Source: Candidatus Micrarchaeia archaeon (GTDB lineage: Archaea > Micrarchaeota > Micrarchaeia > Anstonellales > J096). Taken from it: a DNA stretch of 15,866 nucleotides. Below, piece after piece: positions 1-6,809 of this stretch. Numbering within the stretch: position 1 is the first letter of the stretch; every line of letters starts with the position of its first letter. Made by a program: the position numbers and the translations under genes. Below the pieces are notes generated by a model. It was not told the origin of the DNA, ran no database searches, and saw only the letters and a program-made list of their open reading frames with translations. The DNA lies in assembly GCA_041500405.1 (NCBI GenBank), contig JBGQMB010000022.1:1-15866 (forward strand), written 5' to 3'.

Positions 1-188
1 AACTCACAGCACTGGCAGAGAGAAGATGAAGAGGGCTCGCCGCAGTTTTTGCATGAGACGAGCTTGCCCGAGCGACTCTTCAGGTTTGGGAGAAGCGAGA
101 GGAAGGCGTTGGTGACGCGGAATTTTGTCCCGGGCGCGTCTTCCTCCAATTCATTCAGGAACACGCGCACGTGGTTGCGGAAGGCATC
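1..188 (-). pseudogene. 3' fragment of TtuA/NcsA (TIGR00269/Ctu1-like) tRNA 2-thiolation protein; no start, runs off the window edge
   Basis: Not in the ORF track. Manual translation from 188 downward gives DAFRNHVRVFLNELEEDAPGTKFRVTNAFLSLLPNLKSRSGKLVSCKNCGEPSSSSLCQCCE. The R..vr..Ln.lE...PG.K segment and C-terminal CxxCGEP..xCxxC zinc ribbon are typical of this family. Upstream the frame hits a stop within about 15 codons and lacks the CPY motif and PP-loop. Confidence 0.75.
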
Positions 189-625
189 GGGCTGGCCTGC
201 GAAGATGACTTCATGCACGTGAATCCCTGATCACCATAGCTGGAGCAGACATAGGTATTGTTGTCAAGCAGGAACATTTCGCTGGAAACTGTCATCCCTG
301 ATACGACTATGTTTGTGTCAGTCCTTTGCTTGTCCCCTTTCTTGTACATTATCATCGTAGCCGGCGTGGCCGCAGTTCCCTGGCCTATGGTGAAAGTGTA
401 AGTCACTTTGTAGTTGGGCTGCCCTGCGCCAGCGAAAAGCGAAGCAAGCTGGCTTGCTGCGTCGTTTGATCCTCCGCCGTTCTGCGTCTGGTTTTGCGTG
501 GCGTTCGGGGTTGTCACCGGTGTCGTGGTTCCGTTTGACTGGTTGATTTGGCTTCCTCCGCCAAGGCATCCTGCAAGCAGGACCGCTGTTGCTAACAATG
601 CGAATAATACTAGTTGCGTTTTCAT
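155..625 (-). CDS. Secreted lipoprotein, C-terminally truncated paralog of the 674-1345 protein
   Basis: Signal peptide with lipobox LLAGC, Thr/Asn/Gln-rich linker, then YKVTYTF...YKKGDKQRTD...TYVC...FTC, which aligns by eye with YTATYII...YVDGKAGNARVD...TYSC...VAC of the neighbour. AAGGTG RBS at 631-636. Lacks the roughly 100-aa C-terminal half of the paralog. Confidence 0.7.
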   Translation of the reverse strand: MKTQLVLFALLATAVLLAGCLGGGSQINQSNGTTTPVTTPNATQNQTQNGGGSNDAASQLASLFAGAGQPNYKVTYTFTIGQGTAATPATMIMYKKGDKQRTDTNIVVSGMTVSSEMFLLDNNTYVCSSYGDQGFTCMKSSSQASPMPSATTCACS

Positions 626-658
626 ATTTGCACCTTAAGCCGTTGTGGCTGCACAAGG

Positions 659-666
659 TTTAAAAA
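659..666 (-). promoter_or_regulatory. Putative TATA box for the 155-625 gene
   Basis: TTTTTAAA on the minus strand about 35 nt upstream of the ATG. It could also serve as the T-tract terminator of the upstream gene. Confidence 0.4.
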
Positions 667-673
667 GAATAAG

Positions 674-1345
674 CTATTGCAGTTTCGCAGGAAGCGTGAA
701 TATGGCGTCCGGAACACTCATATTCAGGCTCGTTATGGCCATCCTGGAGAACGGCGACCAAAATTCAAGCAGTATGCCGTCTTCGGAGAAGCATTGCCCG
801 AATTCAGCATCCTTGCTCATCATGGCAAAATCAACCGCATCCGGAATGTCGCTGTTTCCGTCCCTCATCGTGACACTGAAGCATTTTGCGCTGATGTTCA
901 ATATCATGCGGTCCGGAATCTTCTGGACCTTGTAAAAGTCAATGTTTTCCTCAAGCGTTGACGCAAAATCCGTGTCATCCGAAACGTTTTGGGATGCCAG
1001 GGCGCACGCAACGGTTCCATTTTGCGTCTGGCAGGAGTAGGTGCTGTTTCCTATCTTGAAGGCCGAGCCTGATTCGTTGCCCTGCCTGATGTCCACCCTT
1101 GCGTTTCCGGCCTTTCCGTCAACATAATATGTCTCCTCTATCGGCGATTCGTTGACAAGCACGGAATAATTGATAATATAGGTCGCGGTATATTCCACGC
1201 CCTTGCCCATATATGATAAGTCTTTTATCTCCTGAATGGCATTTATGCTTTCAGTGTCATTTGCGCCGCTTGGCTGGCTGTTGGAGGCAGTAAGGCATCC
1301 GGACAGCAGGATTGCGGCGCATAGCATTGCAATAAGCATTCTCAT
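674..1345 (-). CDS. Secreted lipoprotein, possible LolA/DUF4412-like beta-sheet domain
   Basis: Lipobox LLSGC after a hydrophobic signal, several N-x-S/T sequons, paired Cys, alternating beta-strand pattern and C-terminal VPDAIFTLP, similar to the 'pd..F..P' ending of LolA-like families. ATG at 1345 preferred over TTG at 1351. Confidence 0.7.
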   Translation of the reverse strand: MRMLIAMLCAAILLSGCLTASNSQPSGANDTESINAIQEIKDLSYMGKGVEYTATYIINYSVLVNESPIEETYYVDGKAGNARVDIRQGNESGSAFKIGNSTYSCQTQNGTVACALASQNVSDDTDFASTLEENIDFYKVQKIPDRMILNISAKCFSVTMRDGNSDIPDAVDFAMMSKDAEFGQCFSEDGILLEFWSPFSRMAITSLNMSVPDAIFTLPAKLQ

Positions 1346-1378
1346 AGACAAAACACTGAGTCCATAGCGCTGACAAGG

Positions 1379-1386
1379 TATTTAAA
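1379..1386. promoter_or_regulatory. TATA box in the divergent gap, possibly bidirectional
   Basis: TATTTAAA (TTTAAATA on minus) lies about 30-35 nt from both the gatD start and the lipoprotein start. Confidence 0.55.
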
Positions 1387-1416
1387 GGTTGGGGGAAACA
1401 ATGATATGGGATTGTG

Positions 1417-2664
1417 ATGAGAAGAGTGCGGCTCAAGTGGAAAGGCACAGAATTGCGCGGAATACTTGTCAATGAGGAAAAGGGATTCAAGACAATAAAG
1501 CTTGACACTGGCTATAACATAAATGTCAGCAACAAGGAGATAAAGGATATTGAGCTCGGGGAAGCTGTTGACATAAAGCTCGGCGAGGGAAAGGACGAGG
1601 GAGACGGGGACATTGCGATATTGGGGTGCGGCGGCACTATAGCGTCGGAAGTGGATTACAGCACCGGCGCGGTGTTCCCAAGGATGACGCCCGCGTTCCT
1701 TAAGGCGTCGTTTCCTGAGCTGGAGAATATCTCATCAGTAAAGACCAGGATGCTTTTTAACATCTTCAGCGAGGACATGAACGCCTGGCACTGGGCAAAG
1801 ATGGCGGAAAGCGCATATGATGAGCTAAAGGACGGCAAGAAAGGCGTCGTGCTCATGCATGGCACGGATACCATGCACTATTCCGCTGCCGCGGTCGCAT
1901 TTGCGCTTGAAGACCTCAATGCGCCCGTCGTTTTCGTCGGAGCGCAAAGGAGCTCGGACAGGCCGAGCAGCGACAACAAGATAAATCTTCTAAATGCGGT
2001 TTTTTCCGCGACCCAGAACATAGCTGAAGTCGGGATATGCATGCACGCAACGGTTGACGATTCTTTCTGCCATTACCACAGGGGCGTCAAGGCAAGGAAG
2101 ATGCACAGCTCAAGGCGCGACGCATTCAAAAGCATCGGCATACCGCCGCTTGCGAAAGTGGATTTCAGGAACGGGACGTTTGAGGAGCTGCACCCCTACA
2201 GGAAAAGGTCCGGGGCAAAGCCGAAGCTGAAGAACAGGTTCAGCGACAATGTCGCCCTGGTTTATGTTTATCCTGGCATCAGGAAGGAAATGATATCCAG
2301 GCTTGGCAAATACGACGGTGTGGTGCTTGCCGGGACAGGGCTGGGCGTCATACCCACAAACCCGGGCAAGGACAGGCACGCAACCCCTATCCTAAAGGAG
2401 GCAAAGGCGCTTGTTGATTCAGGAATCCCGGTCATTGTGACATCCCAGACCATATATGGAAGGGTAAACCACGATGTATACTCCGCAAACAGGCTTGTCC
2501 GGGAAGCGGGCATGATGGGAAACGGCCTGGACATGACTCCGGAAACGGCATACATAAAGCTATGCTGGGCGCTCGGACAGGAGAAGAACGCAAAAAAGGT
2601 CAGGAAAATCATGGAAACCAACCTCGTCGGGGAAATCAGCGAAAGGTCGGCGCTTTCCGACTAA
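1417..2664 (+). CDS. gatD: Glutamyl-tRNA(Gln) amidotransferase subunit D
   Basis: N-terminal IKLDTGYNI domain and asparaginase-like motifs GGTIAS, HGTDTM, GAQRSSDRPSSD, KMHSSRRDAF, MTPETAYIKL, NLVGEISERS. Start is ATG 1417 or GTG 1414. Confidence 0.96.
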   Translation: MRRVRLKWKGTELRGILVNEEKGFKTIKLDTGYNINVSNKEIKDIELGEAVDIKLGEGKDEGDGDIAILGCGGTIASEVDYSTGAVFPRMTPAFLKASFPELENISSVKTRMLFNIFSEDMNAWHWAKMAESAYDELKDGKKGVVLMHGTDTMHYSAAAVAFALEDLNAPVVFVGAQRSSDRPSSDNKINLLNAVFSATQNIAEVGICMHATVDDSFCHYHRGVKARKMHSSRRDAFKSIGIPPLAKVDFRNGTFEELHPYRKRSGAKPKLKNRFSDNVALVYVYPGIRKEMISRLGKYDGVVLAGTGLGVIPTNPGKDRHATPILKEAKALVDSGIPVIVTSQTIYGRVNHDVYSANRLVREAGMMGNGLDMTPETAYIKLCWALGQEKNAKKVRKIMETNLVGEISERSALSD

Positions 2665-2703
2665 GCGGAAGGGATTAAAACATATCAGGGCAAATCTCCC
2701 CTA

Positions 2704-3258
2704 ATGGACATATCCGAGCTTCAGGACATAGACGCAAAGGAGAAGGAGGGTTCCGCGCTCCACAACGTCCCGGCCGACTTCTATCCAAAGCTAAAGGCCA
2801 TGATAAAGGCTAAAAGGGAGGCCATGGACCCGGACAAGACCATAACAATAAGGGAATACGAGAACATACTCATGCTGACAAGCAGGATAATATCACGGAG
2901 AATTTCAAAGATATCCTTTTTCGCCTCAAGGGAAATGGAGGCGCACAACATGACCATGGAGGAATTCGGGCTTTACACGTCCGTGGCTGCTTCAGCCAAG
3001 GAGCTCAGGGAGTCTGTGTACGGCGGAAATGCCATAAGCCAGGCGCCTAAAACAGAGGAAAAGAATCCCGAGCCTGCAAAGGAGGAGAAAAAGGATGAAA
3101 CGCCAAAACGCAGGATAAGGATAATAAAGTTCGTTGATGCTTATAGGGGCCTTGACAACAAGGAATACGGCCCCTTCAATATAGGCGTTGTGCTTTCCGA
3201 GATGCCGCAAGACGAGGCAAAGTGGCTGCTTGAAGAAGGCTACGCCGAAGGGGTCTAG
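2704..3258 (+). CDS. DNA replication factor GINS (Gins51/Gins15 type, A domain-linker-B domain)
   Basis: Helical N-domain (L..V..DFY, EYEN...I..RRISKI, NMT.EE..LY), charged linker and C-terminal B domain (IRII..VDAYRGLD.KEYGPF..G....MP..EAKWL.EEGYAE). Confidence 0.88.
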   Translation: MDISELQDIDAKEKEGSALHNVPADFYPKLKAMIKAKREAMDPDKTITIREYENILMLTSRIISRRISKISFFASREMEAHNMTMEEFGLYTSVAASAKELRESVYGGNAISQAPKTEEKNPEPAKEEKKDETPKRRIRIIKFVDAYRGLDNKEYGPFNIGVVLSEMPQDEAKWLLEEGYAEGV

Positions 3259-3260
3259 CA

Positions 3261-4451
3261 ATGGGCAACGCGGCATTGGAATCCCTTGAATCGCTCATTT
3301 TCTCCAGGGCAGGGGACGTATTCTCCGCCAACAGCGACCTTGAAAGCGCCGCTTCATCCTACGGCTCGGCCGCGGAGTTCGCAGCATCGCCTTATAACAT
3401 GGAAAAGGCAGGCATAGCGTATTACAGGCTTGCCAAAAGCATCGGCAACGCCGGAAAGGCAAGGACGTACGCGGAAAAGGCCGAGACGCTTTTCAGGAAG
3501 GCGGCGGATATCGACCCTTCGCGCATAGACTCGCACTATTACCTTGGCATGATATACAGCGAGATGGGCGACATAAACAAGGCCGCCGGCGAGTTTTCCG
3601 TGATATACGACAGGGCAAACGAGGTTTCCGACAGGGCAGTGATGTCGCTCATAGAGTCATATATTTTCATAAAGGAGACAAGGTATGAAAAGGAATCCGA
3701 AGCCTATTCCGCGCTTGAGGATCCCTTCCTTGCGAGCTTTTACGAGTTTGTCAAGAAATACGCGATAGGAACAGACATTGAGAGAGCGCTCAAGGCCAAG
3801 CACAGGACAGATAACCCGTACAGCGCCCTTGCGGCCGAGATAAACTCGCTTTACAGGACATATTTCATGGATGAGGAAATGCGCAAGAGGATACCGAACC
3901 CCGTTTCGCGCTTCGCAGTGATGATATCAGCCATGTTCAGCAGGGAAGGGTCAGAAAAGGACGCGATAGCCATTTTTTCCAAGCCTGAAACCGCGGACCT
4001 GAGGAGGCTTCCTCCTTACACCAGGGGAATAATGACAAGCTTCCTTTCGCGGTTTGGGCTCACTCCAAGCTCTTTCAAGATGCCGTTCATGATACAGAAG
4101 GACATCCGCACGGTTGAGAAGCTAATGGCGCTCATATCGGACATGCGGGAAGAAAAGCTGGACAGGCGCGGCATAAGGCGCAGGCTTGCGGAGCTTATGG
4201 ACCTTCTTCCAGCGAACCTGAGGCAGGCGTACCTGAATTTCTTCGAGTCAATTGAGTCCAAGTCGTTTGACGAGATATACAACGGGCTTTCAAAGCTCAG
4301 GATGGGCCTTTTCGAGTCAATATCAAAGAGGCTGAGGGCATTCTACCCAAGGACAGAGGCCTCGCGCCTTTTCAGGCTGGTTGTCGCCTCCCTTAAGATG
4401 AAGGAAGAGGACAAAATAAAGATAATAGACAGGATGGACAGCGCGGATTAG
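3261..4451 (+). CDS. Tetratricopeptide-repeat protein with uncharacterised helical C-terminal region
   Basis: TPR signature AETLFRKAADIDPSRIDSHYYLGMIYSEMGDINKAAGEF. Starts 2 nt after the GINS stop and has host-like codon usage. Confidence 0.75.
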   Translation: MGNAALESLESLIFSRAGDVFSANSDLESAASSYGSAAEFAASPYNMEKAGIAYYRLAKSIGNAGKARTYAEKAETLFRKAADIDPSRIDSHYYLGMIYSEMGDINKAAGEFSVIYDRANEVSDRAVMSLIESYIFIKETRYEKESEAYSALEDPFLASFYEFVKKYAIGTDIERALKAKHRTDNPYSALAAEINSLYRTYFMDEEMRKRIPNPVSRFAVMISAMFSREGSEKDAIAIFSKPETADLRRLPPYTRGIMTSFLSRFGLTPSSFKMPFMIQKDIRTVEKLMALISDMREEKLDRRGIRRRLAELMDLLPANLRQAYLNFFESIESKSFDEIYNGLSKLRMGLFESISKRLRAFYPRTEASRLFRLVVASLKMKEEDKIKIIDRMDSAD

Positions 4452-4460
4452 GTGCAATGT

Positions 4461-5483
4461 CTAGCCGCCGGGCTGGTATCTCAGGTCATTTTGGACGTAT
4501 TTGATGCAGCTGTCGCGCGCCTCGTCGTTAATGAGCTTCCTGCATATGGACATGTTCCTGGTGACAAGGCCCAGGCACTGCAGCCTGTACTGCTCGTCAG
4601 ATATATGGTTGCATGCGTCCTCGTCGTCGTTGGAAATCCCGTATCCCTGGATGCACAGGTCTATCTTCGTTTCCTTGCTCTCAATGGCGCAGCTGAGATC
4701 GCACTCCATGTTTTGGCATTCATGCCAGTCATTGAGTATTTCTGCGCGGCAGATGTATGTGTCAAGTATGCGCATGCGCCCGCTGCAGGCGGAAATGTTG
4801 CCTGTCATTTCTGCGACATCTATAAGGCAGTTCTCCTCAATCCACATGGTGTCGTTGAAGTATCCCCTCAAGCCTTTGCAGACATTGGGATCGTTTTCAA
4901 CAACTGCAAGGTCTCGGATGCAATCATAAAGGAGGGATGCGTTGGGCTCTGATCTTGAAACGTACTTTCGCTGCGGAATGAACGCCGAACAGTTTCGCGC
5001 GACCGCGTCAGCTATCGCCGGAGGCGCGTCATTGGCGTTGTAAATCGTGATGTTGGTCTTTGCCATTATTATTCCCAAGGAACCCCTTATCGCGACAACC
5101 TGTATAGTATAGTTCCCTGCGGCAAAACCATGATACTGCTGGATTCCCATTTCAGTGACTGCGGCCGGGGGCGGCTGCGCGGTGAAATTCTCGTTGACAG
5201 GGACAACAACGCTTCCGTCTAAGCTGACAAGCCTGAAGCCGTAAACGGTCCCGTTCGGCAGGCCCCGCTGTACAGGATAGAACCACTGCTGGGACTCAAC
5301 CAAGGTAATGTTCCTGTTGTTGGTATCAACAACATAAACAGTGACATACGGGCGGATGGATTCAGAGAATGTGAGATTGTATGCCGCCGGCGGGGCCTGA
5401 AACGCGTCAAGGATGCCGCAGCATCCTAAAGCGAGTGCTAACAGGACAATTGAAACCGCAACCAGCGGGCTTTGCAAAGCCAT
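4461..5483 (-). CDS. Membrane-anchored or secreted protein with beta-rich N-domain and C-terminal Cys-rich helical repeats
   Basis: Signal/lipobox-like LLALALGCC, N-glycosylation sequons and about five C....(A)....D...C..I repeats. Start reassigned to ATG 5483 because a TTTTAAA box sits at 5506-5512 and the ATG at 5543 is box C' of the sRNA. Confidence 0.75.
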   Translation of the reverse strand: MALQSPLVAVSIVLLALALGCCGILDAFQAPPAAYNLTFSESIRPYVTVYVVDTNNRNITLVESQQWFYPVQRGLPNGTVYGFRLVSLDGSVVVPVNENFTAQPPPAAVTEMGIQQYHGFAAGNYTIQVVAIRGSLGIIMAKTNITIYNANDAPPAIADAVARNCSAFIPQRKYVSRSEPNASLLYDCIRDLAVVENDPNVCKGLRGYFNDTMWIEENCLIDVAEMTGNISACSGRMRILDTYICRAEILNDWHECQNMECDLSCAIESKETKIDLCIQGYGISNDDEDACNHISDEQYRLQCLGLVTRNMSICRKLINDEARDSCIKYVQNDLRYQPGG

Positions 5484-5516
5484 AATCCGATTTTTGGGCA
5501 TTCTGTTTAAAACTGC

Positions 5517-5574
5517 TGCCTCAGACCGCACGTCACTCATCATGAATCAGAGATCACCTTTGTCATCATGGGCA
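5517..5574 (-). ncRNA. Box C/D 2'-O-methylation guide sRNA (double guide)
   Basis: Minus strand reads tgcc-c-ATGATGA-caaaggtgatct-CTGA-ttc-ATGATGA-gtgacgtgcggt-CTGA-ggca. This gives perfect boxes C, D', C' and D, two 12-nt guides and a 4-bp terminal stem. Both guides are complementary to conserved 16S rRNA segments. Confidence 0.95.
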
Positions 5575-5596
5575 AGGATAATGTTTGGGCGAACAA

Positions 5597-5603
5597 TATA
5601 TAA
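5597..5603 (-). promoter_or_regulatory. TATA box of the C/D sRNA
   Basis: TTATATA located 23-29 nt upstream of the sRNA 5' stem, matching archaeal TATA-to-TSS spacing. Confidence 0.7.
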
Positions 5604-5708
5604 GCATAAATGCGCAGCTTTCTGCTTTCTTCTGAACCCAAGGGCTCAGAAGTAGCTTCTTTTGGGGTGAAGCAAAAGTAGTTTTCTTTCCGCAGGAGCT
5701 TTCTTTTT

Positions 5709-5740
5709 CTAAAAGAAAGGGACTCTCTGAAGAAAAAGGA
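5709..5740 (-). terminator. Oligo-T/pyrimidine-rich terminator region after the membrane-protein operon
   Basis: Minus-strand TCCTTTTTCTTC and CCCTTTCTTTT tracts immediately after the stop at 5741. Confidence 0.45.
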
Positions 5741-6808
5741 TCAAACTAGCCTGAAAATTCCCCTGCCAATCTCGGAAAGCCTTCCGCCCAGGACCGACGT
5801 GGTTATCTGGATGAATGTCATCATTATGGCGAACGCCGCGAACGGCGTCAGGCACATCGTAATCATCGTCGATGAGATGGCGTCTATGAAATAGCCGGAA
5901 ACGCCCCCCAGGATGTATTTCACGGTAAACACGGCCACGCGCGCTGACGTATATATGAAATTGAACGGAAGCGCCACCGGGTTGTCCAGCGCTATGCCGA
6001 ATGAATCCTCGGCGCTGCCTATGCCGGCAACGTCGTTCAGCTCGCCGGAAACCTTGCAAAGCTGGTCGCTGTCATGGTAAAAGTTCCCAAGCATCATCAT
6101 GTATGCTATGGGAAACACAAGCATCGCTCCGATGCCCATCGCTATAAGGAAAGCCCCTGATGTCCTTGTCGGCGCAAACGCCCGCAGGCCTATGCCAACG
6201 GCTATCAGGACCGGGCCAAATGCGTTCATGAACGCAAGCACCTTGACAGTGAAAACCAGCAAAATGTACGCATTGAGCGACTGCAGGTAAAGGTTTTGGA
6301 ATGTCGTGACGAATGCGTCCGTAGGCGCCCCCGTAATATCAAGGTTGGCGCCATGTATGCCGTAAAGGCCGCTGAACATCGAATAAAACATTATCATGGA
6401 CTGCATGTACTTTTCCATGCACCCGCGCACGTTTTCGCTGTAAAGTATCTCCGCGACAATCTGGGAGGGAGAGACTGAGCAGCCTATGATGTTGTGGGCG
6501 CATGAATCTATCTCTGATTGGAAGGCCTGGTCCCCAAACGACATCTGATGGTATTCCATCACGCTCTGTGCGTACAGCACGCCGAAATAGTTGCCGAAAG
6601 CCAGGATCGGAACGAACAGCAGGACTGCAAGCGCGACGTTGAGCGCGGCCTCGAGCAGCTCGCCCTTTACCATCTTTTCAGCTTCCGCCAATTGGAAAAA
6701 CTTTGAGACCTGGTAAAGTATCGCCGCCCCTATCACGCCGATTATGGAAAGTATTATTGTTACTGTCTGCCATGAAAGTGTTGCCGTTACTGCCTGCCAT
6801 TGATCCAT
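5741..6808 (-). CDS. Polytopic membrane protein, paralog 6 of 6 (CedA/VirB6-like motifs)
   Basis: Multiple TM segments. Family motifs ILYQVSKFF...KMVKGELLE, GIGLRAFAPTRTSGAFLIAMGIGAMLVFP and C-terminal LGG......IFRLV. Confidence 0.8.
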   Translation of the reverse strand: MDQWQAVTATLSWQTVTIILSIIGVIGAAILYQVSKFFQLAEAEKMVKGELLEAALNVALAVLLFVPILAFGNYFGVLYAQSVMEYHQMSFGDQAFQSEIDSCAHNIIGCSVSPSQIVAEILYSENVRGCMEKYMQSMIMFYSMFSGLYGIHGANLDITGAPTDAFVTTFQNLYLQSLNAYILLVFTVKVLAFMNAFGPVLIAVGIGLRAFAPTRTSGAFLIAMGIGAMLVFPIAYMMMLGNFYHDSDQLCKVSGELNDVAGIGSAEDSFGIALDNPVALPFNFIYTSARVAVFTVKYILGGVSGYFIDAISSTMITMCLTPFAAFAIMMTFIQITTSVLGGRLSEIGRGIFRLV

Positions 6809-6809
6809 G

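Noticed and set aside
155..190. Programmed frameshift fusing the lipoprotein to a zinc ribbon
   Set aside because: There is no slippery sequence, the downstream part is a cytoplasmic enzyme fragment with different codon usage, and a junction explains it better.
5484..5543. N-terminal extension of the 4461-5543 ORF
   Set aside because: The ATGs are box C' of the sRNA and the apparent RBS is its guide. A separate TATA-like box supports a start at 5483.
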